DNA of 64,000 nt from the human T2T-CHM13v2.0 reference genome, Homo sapiens. A program made the translations under genes and the position numbers. The stretch is from assembly GCF_009914755.1 (NCBI RefSeq), contig NC_060942.1; one strand, given 5' to 3'. Shown piece by piece: positions 28,486 through 40,200 of the stretch (the stretch's first letter is position 1; each line of letters starts with the position of its first letter). The notes beneath the pieces are model-generated. The model did not search any database. It was not told the DNA's origin and saw only the letters and a list, made by a program, of their open reading frames with translations.

Positions 28486-28941
28486 GACCTGCAAGATCTC
28501 ACTGTAGCCTTTTCCTCACACCTGATCTTCAACTACTCTCTTGCCACCGTGCTGTGCACACTGCTCCTGCCACACTGGTTCTCTTTCTGTTCCTTAAGTA
28601 AGCCAGAATTATTCCTAGCTCTGGGCCTTTCTACCTGCTGGGGCCTCATTTTCCCCATGCCTTCATCTGCCTTCTCATTCAGCTCCCAATTCAGGCGTCA
28701 CCTCCCTCAGAGAGGTTGTCCCTGGCCACCTCAGGATAAATTTGCTTTCTCATTCTTCTCTCATCACTCTGTCTCACACTACCCCACCTTTTTTTCCTTC
28801 TTAGTACTTATCACTATCTAAAGTTATCTTTGTTATTGTTGTTATTATAGTAATTATCCATGTATCGCACTTGTACACAACCTCCGTAAGGAAAGATATC
28901 TATTCTGTTTATTAGTTTATTTCCAGAATCTAGAACCTAAC

Positions 28942-29096
28942 ATATGATATATATATGTATGTGTGTATATATATGTATGTGTATATATGTATGTGTATAT
29001 ATGTATATATATATGTATATATATACACATAAATAAAACGTGTATAATATGGTAGGGTTAGATAGACAGATACATACATACACACGTACATACATA
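28942..29096. repeat. (TA/TG)n and (TACA/GATA) low-complexity tracts
   Basis: Read directly from the sequence. Confidence 0.85.
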
Positions 29097-29431
29097 CAGG
29101 TTTAGTATCACTTATCTGAAATTCTTGAGACCAGAAGTGTTTTGGAATTTGGACTTTTTCAGGTTTTGGAATATATGCTTATAGATAATGAAATATCTTG
29201 GGAATGGGACCTCTCTAAACACAAAATTCATTTTTGTTTCATATGTACCTTATAAACATATTTTAAATAATTTTGTGCCTAAAATAAAGTTTTGACTGCA
29301 TTTTTTACTGAGACCCATCACCTAAGTCAGGTGTAGAATTTTCCATTTGTGGCATTATTTCAGCACTCAAAAAGATTTGGATTTTGGAGCATTTCAGATT
29401 TTGGATTTTCAGATTAGGGATGCTCAATCTG
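29097..29431. mobile_element. TcMar-Tigger MITE (Tigger4b/MER46-like)
   Basis: Terminal inverted repeats caggtttagtatcacttatctgaaa ... tttcagattagggatgctcaatctg, with a TA target duplication on both sides. Confidence 0.88.
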
Positions 29432-31150
29432 TACCAAGGTTTTCATAGGTTAAGGGGATAGAATCGCTAACCATGGTGTAATAGGAATGGTAAGCAGATC
29501 AGGAGATATGTTGATTGGGTGTGGGCAGACATTTTGGCACTGTTATGGACTATATAGCCTAGGACTGGGAGCTGAGATTTTCTTCCTAGGCTGGGGAAGC
29601 AGAGAAGATTCTGCGAATTGTCTACCTAATTTCAGTGACAAGCCTTGCAATGAAAGCATTGCCTACTGGGCTCTGTCATAGTTCAGAATCTGACCTAAGG
29701 TACAAAGAATCCTCTCAGAATCAACTCATTAATAACAAAGAGTTTTAGTTATGTCTTTTTTCCTTGTGGTCAGAGACCCCACCTCTGTCTCTCATTTCAT
29801 CTACTAGCTCCTAATGAATGGACTAAGCCAATATGCCACAACATTTTGGCATTCATATCTGCTTATGAATAATAAAAATGCAATTCAAACATATGTCTTC
29901 TCATTCTAGATCCTCTAATTCTCTGCTTTTGCTCTTAATGCACAATGTTAATGTCAAATTTGTTTGCTTTAATTATGTTAAGAGGTTATGCTGGAAGGTT
30001 ATCCATTTAGTCTTTAACAGCATGAAATAGCACTTACATTATCATTGTCAGTTTCTGCACATAAACAAGAACTTGATTAACTGTAGCTAACCATGAAGAA
30101 ATAAATGTTCTCTTAAATGCAGACATTTTTAGTGGATAAGCACTAGGTGTCACTAGTATACTCTCAACTACAATTATCTATACCTTCAGAGGAACTTTAA
30201 CTGAGGTAGACTGATGAAGAAATATAGGCATTCCTGGCAACAATGGGAACTGTTTCTTCAGCAAATAGTGCTTCTCTGTTTAAAATCAGATCAGACAAAG
30301 GTCTTTGTAAAAGATTTTAATGAATTATAAAGAAAATAGTAAGGTAACTTTCAAATATATGAGAGATCATGACTATATATATTGAAGCGCAGCTGAAAAT
30401 TGCACAAATAAAATATTTGTAAACTGAATTAAGCTTCCTCATTGACTTCCTTTACAATTTTGGACATGTAATTCTACTCCTTCCTCCTGATATTTACAAT
30501 TCAGCATAAGACAGAAATTATTTCTAATCGTGTGAAAATGTTCTGTATTTTAAAATAATACATGGAAGTGTACAGCTGAAGAAAGTCATTGTGCTGACCA
30601 CTTGGGATTTGACATTTTACTGTGTAAAAATTATACTGCAATAAAACACTACTAAAAATTACAATTCTTCATCTTAATGTTGCTTCCAACGGCTTTTTGC
30701 TTTTGTAAGCATATATTCTGTGATTAAGTTATTACTCTACATAGCATTTTCGAGTAGTTAGTCAAATGAATTCTGAATCCATTTGATCTTTGCTTGTATT
30801 AAGGTATGCCACATGGCTAATTCCCACATCTTGGGACTGCTCATCACTCAATAAGGACTAAAATTTAATATTTAAAACACCATTCTGGTGATGTTTACAT
30901 TGATATGGAGCCATTTTGTTGGTTGTAATCACTGGCCTTTTGAGAATGAAGAGATCTAATGGATGAGAGCAGGTATACTATTGACTAAATAACAGTTGTT
31001 TTAAATTCTATCATTTTCTTTAAAGCAGAAATATCAGCATACTCCATTTAAGCACTGCTTAAATTCAATTATGTATGTGAGGTCTCCTAAAGCTCAGATA
31101 TAAATGCGATCTACTGGGTGACCTTTGTTGCAACCTAGCCTATCAGACTG

Positions 31151-31409
31151 ATCACTAAATATGAGGCAAGGCTTTTTTATTTTTATTAACTGAGTTTCTA
31201 AACACTCAGCTACCAGCCCAATCACTAAATATGAGGCAAGGCTTTTTTATTTTTATTAACTGAGTTTCTAAACACTCAGCTACCAGCCCAATCACTAAAT
31301 ATGAGGCAAGGCTTTTTTATTTTTATTAACTGAGTTTCTAAACACTCAACTACCAGCCCAATCACTAAATATGAGCCATAGCTTTTGTTTTTTATTTTAA
31401 GCTGAGTTT
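31151..31409. repeat. 70-bp minisatellite: 3 near-identical units plus a diverged partial fourth
   Basis: Units start at 31151, 31221, 31291 and 31361 (ATCACTAAATATGAGGCAAGG...CACTCAGCTACCAGCCCA). There is a single G>A difference in unit 3. Confidence 0.97.
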
Positions 31410-33419
31410 AGCCATTTCATTAAATATCTAAAACCTGGGAATTGAAAGTTTGAATAAAATTATTTCAGGGAAATTCTTTATGTATACTGAAAAAAAAAAA
31501 AAAACACCCTCCAAACTACCCAAGCTTTTTATGCTATAATTTGCTCTTTTAAACGAAACCATTTACCTCTTTTTTGCTGCCCCAAATGACAGATCACTTT
31601 TCTGAGTTTCAGCTTCCTTGTCTGGGAAAAGGAAAAGGAATGGACTTTTTAACTTCCCATTGCCCAATCCTTTTTTTAGATCTATGCTGATATTTGAGAC
31701 TAGCGACAATATGTTTCCACCCTACCTATCTACCTTAAATTCCAGCTTATGGATCTGCTCAGACTTGAGGTTTCTGTGCATTCCCTTTTATTTTAGACTT
31801 TCCCCCAATTAGTTCTCTGCCTCTAAATATGCTTAGAAACAATTGAGACCATTACTCCTTTCTTCTTAGGCTTAGCTCACCAGAACTTTCATAGTGTATC
31901 TATAATCTACCAGTCGTATGCACCAGCATTATGCATGATTTGATCCCCATCTGAAACCTATTTCCCACTTATTTTGGATTGAGTGCCATCACAGTACATG
32001 ATTTTGTATGCTTTTTCTTCACTCTATCGTGAGAAGCCAGAATAGCTAAGCTTTATAAGGAGAAAATTCCAGCGCAAAGAAATTTTTTATTGAGTTCCTA
32101 TTATGTGGCAAGTACAAAGCTAAGGAATGGGTATACAAATGTAGGTTTAAACAAGAGCCCTAATCTTGGAGACCCTACAATATACTGCAGGTAGCCTAGT
32201 CATAAAGTGATCATTTTAATATCATAATGAATACCTTCTACACACTAATATTGTCAATTCCAGTAGGAGAGATAGAAGATAATATATTTGCTGCAATGAT
32301 CTAAAAATAAGTAAGTTTATTCATTTGTGAGGCAAGAGATTGAGAAAGAATAGTTATTAAGCAACCATGATGGTGAACTCTCATCTGAGAAGTTTTGATA
32401 GACTAGACAATGAGATCATGAAAGGTTGTGGGTAATAAGCCTAGACACAAATATATATAAATATATGTGTGTGTATATGTGTCTATGATGAAGACAGAAG
32501 TCCAGTGGCACCCACCGAGTGTGTTGTAAACCACTTCAGTAGACAGGGCTTTGCAAAACAGCTTCCCTTTCTGTTTCTCAACTGCCCAATCATGTTTGAC
32601 TAACTGCTAATCCTGTTTCATTCAATAATCTCCTATAGGAGAGAAAAATGCTGAAGAGTTATTCTTTTGTTCCTGTGCATGTCTCTCCTCATAGAAGTGC
32701 ATTTTCTACAGGATTCCCATTGGTAGTCCATAGCAAAGACACAGAATAAAGATAAAAATGTAGAAGAATGGCTTCCATGAATGATGATGAACAAGATGAA
32801 TTGTGGAGTTAGAGGTCATTGTTGTCTGGTGCAGTTAGAGATGGAGGCCCTGCCAGCGTGTTCGGGAAGCCTGCACCATCACTCAAGAGCACTCTGTCAG
32901 CTCTGGGTATAGTGCAAATCCCTGATGCTGCCGCAGCACTTTGCACCACCCATTACGGTGTCTCAAGGGCAGACCCAAGCAGGAGAGAGGAGCGTCTGGA
33001 GTTGGCAGTATGAAAGATAAGTTTGCACTTGGTGCCACAGACCAAGAAATGATAGTTTAATATCAATCATCACAGACAATTGTGAGAGAACTGGATGTTC
33101 ATACACAGAAGATATATTACCCATTATAAGGCAAATCTATCACAGAGTACCCCAACACTTACCAACTGAAAACTGAATAAGCATCATATCTCCAAGAGAA
33201 AATAAGTTTAAATATATGCATTTGTCAAGATGAAATTGAATTGACCTTCAAGTGCCTTGTACTTCTAGAGTAGCGACTATAGAATAGCATCATTTAGGGC
33301 TTCATTATCATAAATAAGTAGGAGGGAAACTTTTGACATTGTTGTGAAATGCTAATCCTTTTCAACCTTACTTCATCACTGAAATATATACACATATTTT
33401 TTTCTACTGTTGTATTCTT

Positions 33420-34180
33420 GAATCACAGAATCTGAGATCTAGACAGAACCTCAGAGATCACCTACACATTGGTACCAAATCTTACTCATAGCAGAATCAC
33501 CAGGAAGGGTAGAGACTTTAAAATACAGATTTTCTTGTCACGTTCCTCAACATTCCGAGTTAGCTGTTATGTTAAATTCCTGGGGCTGCCATAATACAGT
33601 ACCATAAGCTAGGTGGCTTAAAACAAACAAACAAAAGTTATTGTCTCATAGTTCTAGAGGTTAGCAGCCTGAAACTAAGGTATCCACAGGGCCATGCTGC
33701 CTCTGAATCCTGTAGGGGATCCTTCCTTACTTTTTCCTGGTTTCTGGTGATGACCAGCAATTTTTGACATTTCTTGGCTTGCAACTGCATCGCTCCAGTT
33801 TCTGCTTCTATCTTCATATGGCTTTTTCCCTTCTGTGTGTGTCTCTGTGTTTCTTCTTCTCTTCTTATAAGGATAATAGTTATATTGGGCTAAGAGCTCA
33901 CTCTACTCCAGAATAATCTCATCTTAACTAATGACATCTGCAAAGACCCTATTTTCAAATAAGCTCACATTGTCAGGTACTGAGGGTTAGTATTTCAACA
34001 TACTTTTTGGGGGGGATACGATTCAACCCGTAATATAGATTTTGGAGTAGGACTTGAGAATCACTTAGGTGATATGGAGATAGCTACATTTGAGAACTAA
34101 TGGTTAATCATTCCAATTCTCCTGTTTTACAAAAGATGAAACTGAGGGCTAGAGATGTCTAGAGACTTTTAAGTGACAGA
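33420..34180. mobile_element. Nested repeats: MIR > MER5A-like > MLT1B/C LTR (about 33565-34035, minus strand)
   Basis: MLT1 ends (ggggctgccataatacagtaccataagctaggtggcttaaaac ... gggggatacgattcaacccgtaata) are flanked by MER5A halves (agaatcacc..., tttgagaactaatg) and by MIR halves. Confidence 0.75.
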
Positions 34181-35097
34181 GTGGACCATGAATAAACCAT
34201 TCACATATCTATGTAAACTGCCATTCTCTTGATTCCCACTTTAATCATTATGATTAAAATTATGCCTCTTTGAATTTGGATTAGGATCTCATGATATTCT
34301 TCTATTTTAATCAAAAGCTCTGTAGAAAAATACTCTATTTTGAAACCTATTGTATAATACTTAACCTAAGGGTTTTACATTTAAAAAAAATTCTGGCAGC
34401 AATATTTTTCAGGTAGTCAAGCAAGGCTGAATAGGTCAAGGGCATTTGCAACTATAAAGAAGCACACAAAGGCAGAGACATACATTTTATCAAAGCAAGT
34501 GAAATATTTTACTTGCTAGATTCCTTTATAGAAGGGGAAATTACTTGGGGCAACACACATATGATTAAATATCACTGATTTAAATAAAATAGTTTTTAGG
34601 TATGTGGAACATGTATATGGAAAATCTTAATAATAAAATAAATGAATACTTCCTGATGTATGTGCCTCTTAAAGTTCTCTTTCCAAGCTATACTCAGAGT
34701 AAGGAAAGTTTGTCAAGTAGTAATAAAATTAATTCAGAAACAGGTTTATGGTTTAGATAAAAAAAGACAGAAAATGGTTTCTGTACAACTGGAATTATGC
34801 ACAATCACTGGTCATGAAAAAGTGCAAAAAATTTGAGTGTATGTTAGAAAACATGGGACAGAACAACTGAAATAAGGAATAAATAGGGAAGTCATGGCAT
34901 CTGTGCTAAATATGTAGAGATTACAATAGCTTCTAGAAGAGAAAAGGAAGGCAAAATGTAGGTCTGTGTTGCATGATATAAGATCAGGGATATCAATTCA
35001 GAACACATTGCACTTCCTGCCTATTCCCTGCCTACCTTCCCCAATAAATTAAGAAGAAACCTTTAACTACTTTTCTTAATATAAAAATAAATATGTT

Positions 35098-35213
35098 GGC
35101 CAGGTATGGTGGCTTGCACCTATAATCCCAGCACTTTGGGAGGCTGAGGCAGGAAGATTGCTTGAGGTCAGGAGTTAGAGACCAGCCTGGGCAACATAAT
35201 AAGATCTTGTCTC

Positions 35214-35265
<52 letters not shown>

Positions 35266-35385
35266 TAGTCAGGTGTCAGGAGACTGAGGCATGAGGATTG
35301 TTTGAGCCCAGGAGTTCAAAGCTGCAGTGAACTATGATTGTACCACTGCATTCCAGCCTGGGCAACAGAGCCAGACCCTGTCAAA
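35098..35385 (+). mobile_element. AluJ with a (CA)n expansion in the linker (about 35214-35260)
   Basis: AluJ-type arms. The TSD AAATATGTT at 35089-35097 and 35576-35584 encloses both the Alu and the purine tract. Confidence 0.93.
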
Positions 35386-35575
35386 AGAAAGATTGAGAGA
35401 GGGAAAAGGAAGGAGAGAGGGAGGAAGAGAAGGAGGGAGGGAGAGACGGAGGGAGGGAAGGAAGAAAGGAAGGAAGGAAGGAAAGAAGGAAGGAGAAAAA
35501 GAAGAAAAAGAGAGAAAGGAAATAAAGGAAGAAAAAGAAGAAGGAAAGAAAGAAAAGAAAGAAGGAAATAAAGGC
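35386..35575. repeat. Polypurine (GGAA/GAAA/GGGA)n tract
   Basis: About 190 bp of almost exclusively A/G. Confidence 0.95.
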
Positions 35576-36800
35576 AAATATGTTGAATAAACAGAATTTA
35601 CAATAGCAGAGTCATAAACTAGGACAATGCACTCTATGAAGACAAATATTTAGAGCTAGCCTATAAATTTATTAAGATTGAGAGGCACTTATTTGTATGT
35701 ATGTACTTATGGTTCTGAATACAATTTAATGAAGGGAAATGACCTGGAGAAACCACGCGATTTACACATGGGGGACTTGAAATTTGCGACCCGTAAATAA
35801 AAATTGCCACATTTTATGATCATGAAGTTACCTCAAACTCATTTTATAAATGTTGAAAAATTAGGTTGTGATATGACCCATGCATTTAGAGAATAGGATG
35901 ACATACAAAATATTATAAAGATATTAATCAAGTCACTTTCAAAATATTAGTGATTGACCATCAAGCAATAATATAGAGATAATTCTCAAGCAAAAGAACA
36001 CAAACATTTTAAGATAGGAATTTCCAACTTCAGACAGAGTTAAGAAAAAATGCAGAAAAGTTGAAAGATAAATAATGAACCTCAAAAAACAAAGAGGTAC
36101 CATAGATCAGAATCAATGAAGAGCAGAGGTCAAGCCTGCTAAGAAGCCTAGAGAGGAGAGTCTCTGAGCGAAGCTCAGAGGTTATAGAGACCAACATCAG
36201 AATCTTCTGTTTCATTTGTTACGATAAAAATTTCTGGACACCACCCCAAACTTACCAAGTCATAACACTGCTTCTCGGTACATCTTATCCAATTATCCCC
36301 AGTGATTCTTAAGTACCCTTAAGTTTAAGAGACAGTGCCTTAGATTCTATAAAACATAAAGTGCAGTTCAGAGGTGAAAGCAATAAAGAATATAAAGAAG
36401 CTGTATAGGCTGGAATTGAATAAGAAATTGTGGATGGAATTGAATAAGAAATTGTAGTACATAATTGAAGAGGTTTATATGAACTTCTTTACAGAAATAG
36501 AAAAGATAAAGAGCAAAGTGCAAGTTCATCGACTGACACCTGATTCCAGGAAAGAAAAATGAAGTCAATGATTTAGAAGCAGGTGCTCACAGTTCAACAA
36601 GGAAGGTGGCATGACCAAGCTCATAAAGAAAGGCAGTGCCTTGGGATGTGCCTTTATAACTGAATGCCTACAACTTTTGAAACTTGTTTGAACATATTTT
36701 TGGGTGCAGCTTTGAAAGGCAAATGGGAAAATATGGTGAAATGGTCAATGTATAGAGAGAAAGGAATAAAAAATGTGTTTATAAAAAAGGCAGAAAGAAG

Positions 36801-37273
36801 TGTGAAAGGAAAATAAATTTTGGGGCCCCCAAATCACTAAGCTAAAGAGAAAAGTCAAGCTGAGGACTGCCTAGGGTCAACTTGCCTCCCATTCTATTCA
36901 AAGGCACCCCTCTGCTCCCTGAGATCAATGCACATCTCATTGCCCCCTTTGGAGAGGCTTATCAGAAACTCAAAAGAATGCAATCATTTGTCTCTTATCT
37001 ACCTATGACATGGAAACTGGCTCCCCATTTCGAATCTTCCCACCTTTGCTTCAAGTTGTCCCACCTTTACAGACGAAACCAATGTTTATCTTGCATACGT
37101 TGATTGATGTCTCATGTCTCCCTAGAACATATAAAACCAAACTGTGCTCTGACAACCTTGGGCCCATGTCATCAGGACCTCCTGAAGCTGTGTCAAAGGG
37201 CGCATATTCTCAACTTTGGCAAAATAAACTTTCTAAATTAATTGAAACCTGTCTCAGATTTTCAGGGTTCACA
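36801..37273 (+). mobile_element. ERV1 solo LTR, MER4A1-like
   Basis: tgtgaaaggaaaataaattttggggcccccaaatcactaagctaaag...aataaactttctaaattaattgaaacctgtctcagattttcagggttcaca. TG...CA termini and near-TSD gaag/gaaa. Confidence 0.92.
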
Positions 37274-40200
37274 GAAAACATTAGAAATTAGTTATCAGAG
37301 TTATCTCATCATTATAATGTACCTATAGAGTTATTGCAGCAATTCTTATAAGAGACAGTATTTAAGTCAATTCCAAAACCATCTATATATATAGGGCTTA
37401 AATTAAGTATAAAGCTTTGTAGTATATGCTCAGGGTTGTACGCCAGTTCCTCTTCTCCAGAAATTCCAGTTCTAGAGTAACTAGACATTCAAGAACAAAT
37501 GAAACTTCGTTAGTTTCAAATAGTATTTAAACACATATGTGCCAAGCACTGTACTGACTCCTGAGACCAGAAGAATGAGTTAATAAACCGTTGTCAGTCC
37601 AGGATAAGTGTGAAGTCAATGACAGAGTTATGCACAGGGAAACAAAGTATAAGAAAAACTAATGGATACAGCAGGGAGGTGATAACTGATTCGAGTGATA
37701 GAATGAATCAGATAAAGAAATGTGGAGGAGATGTAACGGGAGAGGAGCTTGGGATGAGAGCCCAGGCAATAGGGAACAACATCATGGCAAGAAACTGTTG
37801 GGTATGTTTGGGGAACTGTAGATGCAATTCAGTTTAATTTTACATAACTTCGATCATGTAAATTTAAAATAGTAAAATACAAAAGTATTAATGAAGTATG
37901 ACCTTACGTACAAAATTTGAAAAGTAAAAAAATCCCCTAAACTTAAAAGATTCATTTCAATGCTGATGAACTGATAGTTTCCATTATTGCCACGTGGCCA
38001 CTTTAGCCAGTAAACAGAAATAACTTCTGCCCTGTGTCTGATCACAGGATGTTTACCTGCATTCATACTTCTGTTAATACTTTCAGTGACTTTCATCCTG
38101 TAACTTTAGTATTTCCCACTCTAGAATTTAAGTTATTTCCTTATGCCCTTTAACAATAGAATTGAAGTCCTCATTAAATAGTACTGCTAGGGCTAAGGCT
38201 AAAATTCAGGCCTGAGATAATGCCTGAAAATCCGTAACTTTGAAACAAGATTTAAATGCTATAAAATACCAAGAGGAAGTTAAAAAAAAACACTATCCTT
38301 TGTTCTTTTGTAAATGTAAGAGAATGTATGTTATGAAATGATAATAGATGCAATGCTGGGTTGAAGAACGTAAAAGGAAAAATAACTTATAATGGCGAAA
38401 AACCACCTGCTTCAAAATGCCCCACCAAGTTTAGATTTTTTCCACATGGGAAAATTTTAATTTTTGCATAACAGTTTTGAATTACACAGGACTTCAGTAA
38501 TTCATCACTTGTGTAAGATAAAAATCCCTAGTGCTGCTGAGGCCTAAAGCATATAACAGGAAGTTGTAGACAAGTGGCTGGAGAAGGGGGCACAAATCAT
38601 GAGGGCTTTGTATGTCATATAAAGCCTATGGAATTCAGCCTCTGAGTGAGAGAGAGAGACGACTGCAGTTTTTAAACTAGCATGACATGTTCAACTTCCT
38701 GTTCTGGGGAAATCATTCTGACACCAGTGTGGTAGAAGACAAGATTGAAGGCCAACTGGTCTGTTAGGTTACTGGTTCTGTGAGCAGATCAAAGAAGATG
38801 GAGACCTGACTATCAGTGGGGGCAGTTTTGGAGAAGAAAGCATAATTTAAGAAGTATTGAGCTAGTCAGTGAACAAATATTAAGTGAATGCCTACTATAT
38901 GCCAGCGACTATTCTTTGTCTTGAGAGGTGAAATCCATAGCACCTGGAGCTTGACAGGATGTGTTGGTCATTGCACAGAATAACTAACAATCTGCTAGGG
39001 GAACAGGAGAAAAGGGAGAAGGTCTGTAAAGGCTATTTAGAGCAGATGGAATTTGAGTTTGGTCATGAGTGATGGGGAAACTTTTTAGAGGCAGAGACTG
39101 AAGAGCAAGGGTACAGCTGGATAAGCAGACCTAACAAGCTGAGCCAGGGCTGGGATGTTCCAGGTTGGAGGGTGTGAGGCCAGCTTGTCTAATTTAACAC
39201 TGGGGTCTTTCTGCTTGTGATGGGAAATGAAGCTAATCTTTAAATAAGTCATACATTGGGAAGACTTTTGAAAGGCAGGATAAGGCCTTTGGATTTTATT
39301 CCGAATGCAGTGAAATGGTCACTGGGACATTTCATTTTATAACAAATTCTAATCATACTTAATAGACTATTTAAGAATGAGATGAAGACCATGTACTGTA
39401 GGGTGAACTCAGCCCGGTTTTAAGCAGATACTTGACTTAAAAATAAACTGTATCAGATAACAGTTATCCAATGATGACTGTTATGCATATTTAGGGTATT
39501 TTTGATAGACTGAGTCAAGCTGTTTATAATTCACACAGTGTATTATTATCTAGAACAAGATAATATACTGTCCCAAGACCTGCCTGTTTTTATTCTATGT
39601 TAAGGACTTTGTATGGATTTGTTAGATTAAATGACAAGACAGTTTGATAGAAAATCTTTTACTTTTCTAAATTACTACATTATGTTATTTTGTCTCTGAT
39701 TATAAATGTCTATTTCATATCAAATGCTAGTTACATTTCAAAGAAATCATTTGCATTAAATCAAATGTTGCATTATTCTTCCTGTTCTAAAATCATAAAC
39801 AGGTATTTAATCAGAAAGAAGACCTTGCCAATATTAGAACTTTCTTGTCTTTTAATTTGCAATTTACACATTCCTTCTAATAGCTCATTCAGTCCTATGC
39901 TAATATAACTAATGATTTAACAACATTTGGAAATCAATTTAAAGACTAAGATTGAAAAGGCATGTTTATATTTCTATGCAATTTCTACCTAACAGTGTTT
40001 AGACTGGTCTGCTGCATGTCCTGTAGTGGCCTATATCTTTAAGCAAAAGTATCAATTATTTTTTTCTAAAACCTGATTCAGAACTTGTTGCCTCTAGGCA
40101 GCCTTTAAGGACTAATTTTTGGCATATGTTTTTTCCTTATTCTGAGTAGCACCTCAGAATTTAGTCATTTTCTGCTTTTCTAAGTCTTACCTGTTATTTG

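Noticed and set aside
31151-31409. CRISPR-like array (regular repeats with an internal hairpin)
   Set aside because: Units are contiguous and identical with no unique spacers and no cas genes, in a primate context. It is a VNTR.
32912-32946. miR-17/93-like precursor (caaagtgctg on the minus strand)
   Set aside because: Only the first ~10 nt resemble the family, and the hairpin (~35 nt, 3-nt loop, large bulge) is too short for a pre-miRNA.
35327-35590. Lys/Glu/Arg-rich and Phe/Ser-rich ORFs
   Set aside because: They are translations of the Alu tail and polypurine tract.
36412-36455. 20-bp direct repeat GGAATTGAATAAGAAATTGT x2 (period 24)
   Set aside because: An ordinary short tandem duplication with no further structure.
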